From a virus (Duplodnaviria > Heunggongvirae > Uroviricota > Caudoviricetes): a stretch of DNA of 41,599 nucleotides. The DNA is taken from IMG/VR virus record IMGVR_UViG_2740892231_000012. One strand, written 5' to 3'. Shown here in pieces: positions 29,293 through 38,391 of this stretch. A program made the translations under genes and the position numbers. Within the stretch, counting starts at the first letter, position 1, and each line of letters begins with the position of its first letter. A model generated the notes under the pieces. The model was not told the origin of the DNA, did no database searches, and saw nothing but the letters and a program-made list of their open reading frames with translations.

Positions 29293-29879
29293 CCGCCGAA
29301 CGGCGGGCCTCAAGGCCGGGGAGTTTCACCCCCTTTGAATAAATCCAGCGGATATACTGCTTACAGGACGCGGGCATCTGCCCGGCATTGATCAGGCGCA
29401 GAAGCGTGGAGTTGCGGAAGTTCGTTTCACCGGCCCAGAAGATCCACGAAGCCAGCGCCACAGTCTGACCACGGGTAAGCGGCACCTGAACACGCCGATC
29501 AATGGCCGCAAAGGCCCATTTCATGTCCTTNNNNNNNNNNAAAGTTCGTTTCACCGGCCCAGAAGATCCACGAAGCCAGCGCCACCGTCTGACCACGGGT
29601 AAGCGGCACCTGAACACGCCGATCAATGGCCGCAAAGGCCCATTTCATGTCCTTTTCCAGTAGTTCCAGGCATTCTTCATCTGTCAGGGTCATACCCGGT
29701 TTCACATCCGGGCCGGTATGGCCGTAACAGATGGTGGGTGTACCGGTGGGATCGATATACGTGGAGTTTTCTTTCCCTTCCCAGTAACCGGTGTAATGCG
29801 TGGCAATCGTGAACGTCCCGGCACCGGCCAGAACAAGGGCAATCAGCTTTTTACGCAGTGGTGCGGGGAGTTTTGGCAT
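29255..29879 (-). CDS. SAR endolysin (lysozyme-like); includes N10 gap at 29530-29539 and duplicated flank
   Basis: N-terminal signal-anchor-release segment LIALVLAGAGTFTIATHY, then TICYGHTGPD... and ...VPLTRGQTVALASWIFWAGETNF..., similar to Mu Lys. Confidence 0.8.
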
Positions 29880-29950
29880 TGTTACGCTGTCTCATGATGT
29901 TCTCTGAGTCAGCGTAACGGTGAAGGAAAGGCGGCAGGCTTTGCGGAATA

Positions 29951-30376
29951 TCAGAAAAGTGGCGGTTGCGTTCTTGCCAGATGCAGACGGCGCTGTTCGC
30001 GTATGACGGTATAAATCTGGGTTTCTGACATCCGGTAATGGCGGCGAAGGGATTCAATTTTCTCGCCCCGGTCCCAGCGCGAAAATATCTCATTGTTTCG
30101 CAGCTCGGCAAAGAGAGATTCCCCGACCGGCAGGTAATAACCCCGTCCGCCCATATAGGCTGCCTGAGCCGCAGCCACCTTGCGTGCCAGTTTACCGGCC
30201 AGTACCGGCTCAATCCCCTGACGCTGAAGTTCTGCGCCGGTGACTTCAACCAGTTCTGACAGGGTCCGCGGCCAGTTCTTTTTGAGAACATCATCAGGGA
30301 TGTCATCAAGGCGGTCGATAAGGGCGTGCAGTTGCTCACTGTCACCACCAAACATGCTCATCTGAGTTTCTGCCAT
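29951..30376 (-). CDS. Mor/C-family late transcription activator
   Basis: 141 aa, immediately upstream of the endolysin as for Mu C; helix-turn-helix-like C-terminal region. Confidence 0.7.
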   Translation of the reverse strand: MAETQMSMFGGDSEQLHALIDRLDDIPDDVLKKNWPRTLSELVEVTGAELQRQGIEPVLAGKLARKVAAAQAAYMGGRGYYLPVGESLFAELRNNEIFSRWDRGEKIESLRRHYRMSETQIYTVIREQRRLHLARTQPPLF

Positions 30377-30445
30377 ATCAGCCTCCGGTTCTCGCGTTCC
30401 CGGTAAGTTTAAAATAAAAATCCCGCGTTGTGGCGGGATTTGGGG

Positions 30446-31139
30446 TTAACGGGGAAGTGATTTTTCATACTGCCTGCAAACGGCGTCATACCCCATCAGC
30501 GTGCGTTCGGGCATTCCCATCGCGGCCAGCATTTTGCGGCGGTGCCATCGCTTGAGACGCTCCAGCACATCTGAGGCCAGGGCGGGGTGTTGCTCCAGCC
30601 ACTGCCAGTTTGCCACACCTTCGCCGCCGTTCTGCGCGGCCGTCTGCGATTTCACCCAGCGGTTAAGAGCGGTTTCCGCACCATCAGAGATAAAGCCCTG
30701 CCGGTGCATCACTTTCCAGATGGCGCGAATTTTGGCGGTCACCGTACCCGGTTTTAAGGCCCGGTTAACCGGTTTCTGACGCACTTTAAAACCGCGTTTT
30801 TTGAAAACATCCAGCACGCGGGATAACTCATCCGGTGACATNNNNNNNNNNGGCGGTTTCCGCACCATCGGTGATAAAGCCCTGCCGGTGCATCACCTTC
30901 CAGATGGCGCGAATTTTGGCGGTCACCGTACCCGGTTTTAAGGCCCGGTTAACCGGGTTCTGACGCACTTTAAAACCGCGTTTTTTGAAAACATCCAGCA
31001 CGCGGGATAACTCATCCGGTGACATATCCCGGCAGCTGGTTTTGCCGGTAGCTGCCAGCAGCGCGGATGTATAAGTCTCATCATCCAGGGCAAGCTCGCG
31101 CTTTGCCACATGAATGGCGGATATCAGTTTTCCTCTCAT
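30446..31139 (-). CDS. gemA: GemA-like protein (Mu gp16 family); includes N10 gap at 30842-30851 and duplicated flank
   Basis: MRGKLISAIHVAKRELALDDETYTS...TGKTS...MSPDELSRVLDVFKKRGFKV fits the GemA family pattern. The track shows the same text on both sides of the gap. Confidence 0.65.
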
Positions 31140-31432
31140 ACCGTATTTACCTTTTTACGGACATGGAAAGCCTTTTCTGCCTCATCCCACCGGGCATGGT
31201 GTGTTGGCGGAATAATCATTATGTGCCAGCCATCTCTGCTTGTTATTCGGCAGAAAAATTCACCGTTATATAACACAATGGCCTGCTGAATGAGCGCATC
31301 AGCCGCCCGTTCAACCGGATGTCTTTTATCAAAAAAGCAGATGATTTTTCGACATAACCACCGGGTAATAACAAATGCGCCGAAAAAGGATGTGATATAT
31401 AAGCACCAGAACAACAGAGAACTATTGTCCAT
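31136..31432 (-). CDS. Small membrane-anchored hypothetical protein (98 aa), paralog 1
   Basis: N-terminal TM LFWCLYITSFFGAFVITRWLCRK; AAGGAG ahead of the ATG; diverged paralog of 31631-31927. Confidence 0.5.
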   Translation of the reverse strand: MDNSSLLFWCLYITSFFGAFVITRWLCRKIICFFDKRHPVERAADALIQQAIVLYNGEFFCRITSRDGWHIMIIPPTHHARWDEAEKAFHVRKKVNTV

Positions 31433-31630
31433 TATCTTTCTCCTTATTCACTCTTCTGCGGCATTCGGCACAGTCATCAGGGCTTTCAAATGTATCCGGC
31501 TCGCGATTATGAGCCAGATNNNNNNNNNNACTGGTTTTGCCGGTGACCGCCAGTAGTACGGATGTGTAGGTTTCATCATCCAGGGCAAGCTCGCGTTTTG
31601 CCACATGAATGGCAGATATCAGTTTCCCTC

Positions 31631-31927
31631 TCATGCTGTATCAACACTCCTGCGGATATGATAGGTATTATTTTCCCGATCGAGCTGAACCCGATACTCC
31701 GGAGGAATCACAAAAATATTAAAACCATCATCAGTTTTTATTCTTGAGTAGCATTCCCCCTTATGATATCTGGCCAGTGCATTAATCAGAGAAGTCGCCG
31801 CCTGCCCAATCAGGTATTTTTTATGAAAAATACTGATAACTTTCCGGCACAGCCATCGTGTAATGACGAATGCACCGAAAAAGGATGTGATATATAAATA
31901 CCAGAACAACTGCGAACTACTGTCCAT
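31631..31927 (-). CDS. Small membrane-anchored hypothetical protein (98 aa), paralog 2
   Basis: N-terminal TM LFWYLYITSFFGAFVITRWLCRK; preceded by a copy of the same 90-bp upstream segment and followed by a diverged copy of the gemA 5' end. Confidence 0.45.
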   Translation of the reverse strand: MDSSSQLFWYLYITSFFGAFVITRWLCRKVISIFHKKYLIGQAATSLINALARYHKGECYSRIKTDDGFNIFVIPPEYRVQLDRENNTYHIRRSVDTA

Positions 31928-32026
31928 TATCTTTCTCCTTATTCAGTCTTCTGCGGCATTCGGCACAGTCATCAGGGCTTTCAAATGTATCCGGCTCGCG
32001 ATTATGAGCCAGATNNNNNNNNNNGA

Positions 32027-32573
32027 CTATTCATTTGCTTTATCCTCCATGCTGGACAGAATCATATGTATTAATGTCGGGCGTGGAGATATACGCATTT
32101 CATTAAGCGTCTGAAGGGCAGCAACAGCTGCCTGTTTATCGGTGCCTTTGGCAATCTCTGCAAGAGAATGCACAATCCATAACGGACTTAACGCCACGGC
32201 TGAATCCAGAATCATGTCATCCATAATAATTTCTGGCATATCCCGCTTGTCACATTCTTCATCCATAAAAGAAACGATTTTTTCTGCTTCTTCCGGTTTC
32301 ATGCCTCCGGCGATGAGAATTTTACGATATTCATAAGACGATCTTAATTCAATACTNNNNNNNNNNTTCAGCAAGAGAATGCACAATCCATAACGGGCTT
32401 AACGCTACGGCTGAATGCAGAATCATGTCATCCATAATAATTTCTGGCATATCCCGTTTGTCACATTCTTTATCCATAAAAGAAACGATTTTTTCTGCAT
32501 CTTCCGGTTTCATGCCTCCGGCGATGAGAATTTTACGATATTCATAAGACGATCTTAATTCAATACTCATCAT
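32027..32573 (-). CDS. Hypothetical early protein (about 112 aa real length); includes N10 gap at 32357-32366 and duplicated flank
   Basis: MMSIELRSSYEYRKILIAGGMKPEDAEKIVSFMD... appears twice across the gap. Confidence 0.4.
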
Positions 32574-32585
32574 TCACCTGCCTGT

Positions 32586-32978
32586 TTAATCAGTTTCCAG
32601 TGCTTTGCTACGGGCAACAGCCTCACACTCAAAAAATACCGACTCCGGCACACGCTCCTTTAATTCACGAACAAGAAAATCATTAACGAGTTCATGACGT
32701 CTTATATTTCTTTCCTTTTCCTCCTGGCGCAATACAGCAAGGCGGTATTCAACAGTCCGGCGTTGTTTCTGAAAGACAGCCAGTGCTTTTCTGGCAGAGT
32801 TACGCCATGTATCATCGCCACAGGGTTCGTATTCAAGCTGAAATTTAATCTCTTCAATGGTTTCTTTTATTTTTGCCAGCAAGCTAAGACAGTCGCTGAT
32901 TGTCTTCAGTTTTTCATTATCAATATAACTTCTCACGCATTCACCTCCCGTCATTCCGGTAAAGCTGAAATATGGCAC
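32586..32978 (-). CDS. Hypothetical early protein
   Basis: 130-aa ORF in a co-oriented, tightly packed early-gene array. Confidence 0.4.
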   Translation of the reverse strand: MPYFSFTGMTGGECVRSYIDNEKLKTISDCLSLLAKIKETIEEIKFQLEYEPCGDDTWRNSARKALAVFQKQRRTVEYRLAVLRQEEKERNIRRHELVNDFLVRELKERVPESVFFECEAVARSKALETD

Positions 32979-33262
32979 CAGTGCGTCACCTGTCCGTCCT
33001 CATCTTCAAGGCAGGCTCCGGTTTCTTCATCAATAAAAAAGCCTTCATACCCCATATGGCCGATGCGCAGTTCCTGTTGGTCACCATACTGAACAATCAG
33101 CACGACAGCCTCCATATCAGGCGGAAATGCGTCATCCAGTGAATGCCAGGGATAACCGCGCAAATCCCCGAAATAAACACCGGTCAGCGTTCCGCCACAA
33201 ACCGACATTCCGGCGGCACATACCAGAGGCTCGTCTGATTCAACAAATAATGTCGTTATCAT
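32951..33262 (-). CDS. Hypothetical early protein
   Basis: 103-aa acidic ORF in the same array. Confidence 0.4.
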   Translation of the reverse strand: MITTLFVESDEPLVCAAGMSVCGGTLTGVYFGDLRGYPWHSLDDAFPPDMEAVVLIVQYGDQQELRIGHMGYEGFFIDEETGACLEDEDGQVTHWCHISALPE

Positions 33263-33810
33263 GGCATTAACTCCCGTAATACAACATCTTCGGCAGTCCG
33301 GCGATGGTGATAAATAAAATTCACCGTACTCTCGGATAATTCAAATTTCTCGCCTATTTCCCGGAAGGTAAGACGTCGTGGTGATTCAGCATCCCGTAAT
33401 TCACGAATAAGATGAACATCATCATCAGGTATACGGGTGAAGGGCAGCAACTCTCCGTATTTTTTCATGCTTACGCCAATATATCGCGCCCGTTTGTGGA
33501 CAGAATCCCGGTCTCGCCCCAGATATTCTCCTATTTGCTTACCGGTCATCGTTCTGGCATTTTTTCGGATAAATTTATCTTCATCATGTTTAAATCTTGG
33601 ACGTTTGCATTTGAGCAACTCCGGGTAAGTACCGCGTAATAAAACAATCCGGTTATGTACACCCCAGAAACTTCTTTTTACCCTGACAGCAATATCCTTA
33701 ACCGGGGTGGATGGATAAAGCGCAATCAGCAGTGCATCTTCTTCAGGTGTCCACGCACGGACATGAGCGGGTGCACGGCCTTTTCGCCCCATGGGTTGTA
33801 AAATCATCAT
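33259..33810 (-). CDS. Putative DNA-binding protein with repeated helix-turn-helix-like segments
   Basis: Three similar segments: WTPEEDALLIALY...IAVRV, MTGKQIGEYLGRDRDSVHKRARYIGV, LTFREIGEKFELSESTVNFI. Confidence 0.4.
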   Translation of the reverse strand: MMILQPMGRKGRAPAHVRAWTPEEDALLIALYPSTPVKDIAVRVKRSFWGVHNRIVLLRGTYPELLKCKRPRFKHDEDKFIRKNARTMTGKQIGEYLGRDRDSVHKRARYIGVSMKKYGELLPFTRIPDDDVHLIRELRDAESPRRLTFREIGEKFELSESTVNFIYHHRRTAEDVVLRELMP

Positions 33811-33813
33811 ACA

Positions 33814-34329
33814 TCACCCCCTGACTCGCTTTTCAGCAGCATAAAACTCATCAGACAGAATTTCGGTCATTTTCCGTTTTGCGGAATCATCTTCGCACTG
33901 AAGGTAAATAACATCGTCAACGCAGAACCACTTCACGGGACCATGCAATATTGCTGAAAAGTCAATGCCCAGCCAGAACAACAGGGCATCGGTTCTGGCA
34001 TACGTGACGGGCGAATATTCACGCCACAGACTGTTAAGTTCGTCAGAGGCAACGCGCAGGGCTTTGGGAATACGTGATGTGCGCGGTGTGCAGCTCCAGC
34101 CATTCGACGCAGTCGGTTTTCGCCATAAGTCGCGATGAAAAGGATATTTGTCATCCATAAAGCGCAGCCCTTTAAAACAAAAGCCACTGATACCGGATAC
34201 AAATACCGACCGGCACGCAACATTCAGCACGGCCTCAAGGCGTTTTGCCTCATCCTTAACTTTCTGGCAGTCCTGCTGATATTTTTGCCACGCGGCCAGC
34301 GCGGAAGGGTTTGATGTTTTAAAGAACAT
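33814..34329 (-). CDS. Hypothetical early protein
   Basis: 171-aa ORF translationally coupled to the upstream gene (shared base at 34329). Confidence 0.4.
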   Translation of the reverse strand: MFFKTSNPSALAAWQKYQQDCQKVKDEAKRLEAVLNVACRSVFVSGISGFCFKGLRFMDDKYPFHRDLWRKPTASNGWSCTPRTSRIPKALRVASDELNSLWREYSPVTYARTDALLFWLGIDFSAILHGPVKWFCVDDVIYLQCEDDSAKRKMTEILSDEFYAAEKRVRG

Positions 34330-34862
34330 TACGCCACCTCCGCAGATATCCCGGCAGGCGCGGCCGTCCGGTCAACAATCAGGTAACGCAGAACACGCGC
34401 GGTGATATTCCAGCCGCTTAAACCGCAGATGATGACACCCAGGCGTATGTCGATATACGCCATCACAAACTGGGGCACGCCTTCTTTCATGGCCTGCTCA
34501 TCAACTTCAGCCACCACATAAACGGTTTCGCAGGTCAGTACGCCCTGAGCAAATTCCCACGCCATCGACGGAATATCATGCCCCTCAATCCACGGCAGGG
34601 ACTTTCTGAAGCTGCACCACTGAACATCATCAGCCGCACATTCCTGGCTGCATTTGCGACGAACCGGCTGCACCGGGCGGGGACGCGGAATATCATAAAA
34701 ACCGTTACATTCCGTCAGCACCCCGGCATCAACCGCATCACGCAGAAAATAAACCATCGAGGATGGCGGCATATTCATTTTTTCAGCCAGAACACCGCAG
34801 GTCAGACGTCCGTAAATACGCAGCCAGTTTTTAACCCCTTCAAGCACTTTTGCATCAATCAT
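34329..34862 (-). CDS. Hypothetical early protein
   Basis: 177-aa ORF in the same coupled array. Confidence 0.4.
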   Translation of the reverse strand: MIDAKVLEGVKNWLRIYGRLTCGVLAEKMNMPPSSMVYFLRDAVDAGVLTECNGFYDIPRPRPVQPVRRKCSQECAADDVQWCSFRKSLPWIEGHDIPSMAWEFAQGVLTCETVYVVAEVDEQAMKEGVPQFVMAYIDIRLGVIICGLSGWNITARVLRYLIVDRTAAPAGISAEVA

Positions 34863-34865
34863 GAA

Positions 34866-35408
34866 TTATTCCTCCGTCAGCGCCACATATTCAGAATGTT
34901 TAATTTCCTGGCATTCTTCAGGAATACACCCTATTATTTCCCTGCCATAAGCGCCTACTTTAAACACCACGCACAGGGCATCACGGGAGAGCGACGGGGT
35001 CCACCAGGAGTCCGTGTTAAACATGGAGGGGATTCTCATTACCCCCAGCTTTTCACAGAGCCAGACAAGGAAATCAGGACGCTTTCTTAACTCACGTTCA
35101 GCGGTTTCAATCATTGCGGCAATCGCCGGACCTTCAGGGCATGACTCATCAGGTCTGGCAATAAAGCACGGTCCGTCCCCGATAAAAGCCACATCATCGC
35201 GCTTACGCCAGCCCGCAGGCAGAGCACCAGAAAAATAAAACTCACTGATTACGTCCATGGCAAACGGCTTTAAGCGCAATCCGGCAGCGCCTGTATTTTT
35301 CAGTAATGCCCGAAGAATACTGTTGCGTAGCGGTAAAACAGTCTGTTGATATTTGGTGAAATATTTATTTGTCTGCACACGGTCTAATTTGAAATAAAAA
35401 TATGCCAT
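34866..35408 (-). CDS. Hypothetical early protein
   Basis: 180-aa ORF in the same array. Confidence 0.4.
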   Translation of the reverse strand: MAYFYFKLDRVQTNKYFTKYQQTVLPLRNSILRALLKNTGAAGLRLKPFAMDVISEFYFSGALPAGWRKRDDVAFIGDGPCFIARPDESCPEGPAIAAMIETAERELRKRPDFLVWLCEKLGVMRIPSMFNTDSWWTPSLSRDALCVVFKVGAYGREIIGCIPEECQEIKHSEYVALTEE

Positions 35409-35505
35409 ATATCCTGTTCCTTATTTTCAGTTTACAGGCGCAGGCAGTCCCCTGACGCGAGCGCCATAATTAAAACGAAGTGATATTTAATTGATTAATG
35501 CGGTG

Positions 35506-36036
35506 TTATTTATTCAGTCCGGCGTCCTGTTCAAAAGGCTCGACATAAAAACTTTCAGCGCCTTTATTCACCTTAATACCGGCAATCCCTTTCACCGCAT
35601 CCGGCTCCGCCAGGACCGCTTCCTTGTTCACTTCCTCTTTCGTGCGGATAAAACGCTCAAGGCCCATACGGCGCAGCATTTCAATCACACCTTCCACATC
35701 ACGACTGACGCTGCATGATGGATTCCCCAGTCGCCATGACACCGTTCCGGTGGTCAGATTGGCAGTTTTGGTTTTGCCGCCGTTCGTCAGCTCATCACGG
35801 TTGGTTTTGCACCAGTCCTGAATCCCCTTAAAAAGCACTTTGATTTCTTTTTTAAGGTTTTCAATCTGCGGCGTATAACGGGCGGTGATTTCTGCCACTT
35901 CATCATTCATCGCTGTTTCCAGGCGCAGCGCCTCTCGCTGAATATCGCCCAGGGTGCGGATATCGCGGCTGACCTCTTCACGGGTCTGCGGTGCCGCCTC
36001 TGCTGCGGCCTTTAATTTTGTAACGCGTTTTGCCAT
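35506..36036 (-). CDS. gam: Gam host-nuclease inhibitor (Ku-like DNA end-binding protein)
   Basis: Close similarity to Mu Gam: ...LGDIQREALRLETAMNDEVAEIT..., ...WCKTNRDELTNGGKTKTANLTTGTVSWR..., ...LERFIRTKEEVNKEAVL.... Confidence 0.9.
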   Translation of the reverse strand: MAKRVTKLKAAAEAAPQTREEVSRDIRTLGDIQREALRLETAMNDEVAEITARYTPQIENLKKEIKVLFKGIQDWCKTNRDELTNGGKTKTANLTTGTVSWRLGNPSCSVSRDVEGVIEMLRRMGLERFIRTKEEVNKEAVLAEPDAVKGIAGIKVNKGAESFYVEPFEQDAGLNK

Positions 36037-36047
36037 TTTGTTTTTCC

Positions 36048-36341
36048 TTATTGCACTGTGCCTGATGCTTTATGCACGCGGTGGCGTTTAATGATGGCAT
36101 CCGCCCCAAAAGCCTGTACAGATGCCTGAAATTCCGCTGAGAGAAACTGAATAATTTCAGGGCTGTGATACTGGAGAATACTTGCATAAACGTCACAGAG
36201 TGACGTCGGCCTGTTATTCGTATCACGTTCTGTTTTTACATCCACACCAATCTTTTCATGCACTTCAACACAGTCATTGCCTGCCGGTTTTTCGTCATGC
36301 GAAACATGCTTAAATTCAAAAATAACGCGTACTTTGCTCAT
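36048..36341 (-). CDS. Small hypothetical early protein, tandem paralog A
   Basis: Starts MSKVRVIFEFKHVSHDEK; the adjacent gene starts MSKVVRIIFEYKEHVIHK. Confidence 0.45.
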   Translation of the reverse strand: MSKVRVIFEFKHVSHDEKPAGNDCVEVHEKIGVDVKTERDTNNRPTSLCDVYASILQYHSPEIIQFLSAEFQASVQAFGADAIIKRHRVHKASGTVQ

Positions 36342-36345
36342 GGAA

Positions 36346-36618
36346 TTACCCCTGCTGATTAAATTCATTACCTTTAATAACCCCGGAACGCATGCTCATA
36401 TCTTTCATGAGCGCACTGGCTTTCATTGCCACAAGTTCAGCAAAGTCTCTGCTTTCCGCGAGCATAACCACCCCAAAAATCATGGCGGGTCCATCACCTT
36501 TCTGCTTTATCCCGGTTGAACGTATGTCCAGACTTACCCCCATGCGCACTGTTCCATCAGCGTTTTTATGGATAACGTGCTCCTTGTATTCGAAAATAAT
36601 GCGTACGACTTTACTCAT
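36346..36618 (-). CDS. Small hypothetical early protein, tandem paralog B
   Basis: 90 aa; N-terminus paralogous to the gene at 36048-36341. Confidence 0.45.
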   Translation of the reverse strand: MSKVVRIIFEYKEHVIHKNADGTVRMGVSLDIRSTGIKQKGDGPAMIFGVVMLAESRDFAELVAMKASALMKDMSMRSGVIKGNEFNQQG

Positions 36619-36896
36619 CCTCTGGTCCTCGTTCTGTTTGGATAACTGACCCGGCGTCTGACCTCACGGCAGAACCGAATCATGGCATTAAAGGCTTCTT
36701 CCTCCGTCACCGCTTCCGGTATCCCCGGAACCAGTAACTGCTCCTGTTCATCACGTCCATGACGCGCCATAACCTCAATCACATGCCGTACCGTGGCAGG
36801 CTTTCCGGCAACTATCGGCAATGCACCTTCCGGCAGGACGTAACCAAACTCAATAAGACCACTCGACCACGCCCATGCAATGAGATTTTTTTTCAC
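36615..36896 (-). CDS. Hypothetical early protein
   Basis: 93-aa ORF coupled to neighbours. Confidence 0.4.
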   Translation of the reverse strand: MKKNLIAWAWSSGLIEFGYVLPEGALPIVAGKPATVRHVIEVMARHGRDEQEQLLVPGIPEAVTEEEAFNAMIRFCREVRRRVSYPNRTRTRG

Positions 36897-36897
36897 C

Positions 36898-37164
36898 TCA
36901 CACCTCCCAGTAAACCGTGCAGCCGCTGATGCGGGTGGCCTTCACACGGCGGCGCAGGCCGTTGGTCTGTATGGTGATTTCAATTTCACCGGTTCCCTGC
37001 ACGTTGCCTACCGGCGGCGTGGTTTTCAGTGCAAAACGTTGTGGGTAGCGCTTACTGCGTTCCAGTACCGCACCGGCAAGTTCGGTCAGACGGCGCGCGC
37101 TGTTCAGGGAGTCGAATAAATTCATTTTGTTACCGCAGGATTGCATATTCATATAACACCTCAT
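36898..37164 (-). CDS. Hypothetical early protein (candidate kil-region gene by position only)
   Basis: 88-aa ORF downstream of B in the early operon. Confidence 0.35.
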   Translation of the reverse strand: MRCYMNMQSCGNKMNLFDSLNSARRLTELAGAVLERSKRYPQRFALKTTPPVGNVQGTGEIEITIQTNGLRRRVKATRISGCTVYWEV

Positions 37165-37392
37165 TTAGCTGACTTGTTTCGCACCAACAGAACGGCATAT
37201 TCCGCTGTAAACTTCTGTCGCACCTTCGCGATCAAGTCCGGCAGATATCACCATTCGTGTGCGGTCATTAAATTCAAAAAGTAAATCGCCACATTCTTTA
37301 TTTTCGGCCAGTGAAATCACCTTCACGTTATCGAAATTAACCAGGTAAAAGCGTCCGTAAATATCAGGAATATAAAATACCGCCATAATCAC
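37165..37392 (-). CDS. Hypothetical early protein
   Basis: 75-aa ORF immediately downstream of B with ATGA overlap. Confidence 0.35.
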   Translation of the reverse strand: MIMAVFYIPDIYGRFYLVNFDNVKVISLAENKECGDLLFEFNDRTRMVISAGLDREGATEVYSGICRSVGAKQVS

Positions 37393-38321
37393 ACCTGTGA
37401 GAGTAATTCAGGGTTGGTATAAACCTCTTTAAAGGCCGCATTAATATGTTTTTCTGTCAGCGCCGCACCTTCACCGCTGGCGGTGAGCCACGCCTGGTTA
37501 AGCGTATGTGTCAGAACGCGTAACGCTCCCGGCTTTTCAGCGATAGCCTGCATGACGGCCAGCTCGGCCTCACCACTGATACCCCATGCCCTGGCAATGG
37601 CCAGCACATCCGCCTTTTTGGCCTTGCGAAGTTGTTTTGTACGGGCAAGACGGCTGAACAGGCGCGATAAATCATCAACGGCGCGGCGTCCACCTTTAAA
37701 CAATCCGCGCGGGTTACCAATAAGCACCATCCCGATCCCCGTGGCGTCCTGAATTGCCCGGAGTTGCTCCAGACCGTCAATACCAAGATGATCCGCCTCA
37801 TCCACAATCACCAGTCCACGCGTTCCCATCAGGCGACGGCGGATGGCGCGGGATAATGCCCCTTTGTTCGCGCGGGTGTAATCAATCCCCAGCGCATCGG
37901 CCAGCTCCAGCAGACACTCCGTGACGCTGGAGTGCGCGGGTGACAGGGTGATCATCCAGGTGTTTGGTTGCTCCTGGCAGTAATTACGGGCGGTGGCCGT
38001 TTTACCTACCCCCGGCACGCCCACAATGACGTTAATACAGCCCATCAGGCGAACCGCCTGAAACAGTGCGCGCAGCTCCTGAACTGTCTGCGTTTCCACA
38101 AACTGCGGCGGTTCCGGCAGTGCGCTTTGTTTATTCCAGTTCTCATACCAGGAACGCAGGGAAGCAGCCACAGCGGCGTTATCGCCTTTATATTTCCCCT
38201 TGCGGAAAGCCGATAATGTGCCGTCGGAAATTCCCGCCTCTCTGGCGATGGCATACTGCGTCAGTACGCCGCCATCAATAAGTTCATCAATGGTCTTGAT
38301 TACATCGTTAATATCAGTCAT
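37389..38321 (-). CDS. B: Transposition target-DNA activator B (AAA+ ATPase, MuB-like)
   Basis: 310 aa with N-terminal HTH region, Walker A GVPGVGKT and Walker B LVIVDEADHL; immediately downstream of the transposase. Confidence 0.9.
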   Translation of the reverse strand: MTDINDVIKTIDELIDGGVLTQYAIAREAGISDGTLSAFRKGKYKGDNAAVAASLRSWYENWNKQSALPEPPQFVETQTVQELRALFQAVRLMGCINVIVGVPGVGKTATARNYCQEQPNTWMITLSPAHSSVTECLLELADALGIDYTRANKGALSRAIRRRLMGTRGLVIVDEADHLGIDGLEQLRAIQDATGIGMVLIGNPRGLFKGGRRAVDDLSRLFSRLARTKQLRKAKKADVLAIARAWGISGEAELAVMQAIAEKPGALRVLTHTLNQAWLTASGEGAALTEKHINAAFKEVYTNPELLSQV

Positions 38322-38391
38322 ATTATTAACCTCTCATTTGATACCTTGTTTAATCAAATAACCTGAGTCGCCGCTCGGGTTATTTTTTATT

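Noticed and set aside
29851-30351. 166-aa ORF overlapping the Mor/C gene
   Set aside because: Alternate frame of the same stretch; the 141-aa frame (29951-30376) carries the activator-like sequence.
31290-32114. Plus-strand ORFs of 88 and 83 aa sharing identical text
   Set aside because: Antisense to the duplicated membrane-protein region; their identity reflects the repeated 90-bp segment and gap flanks.
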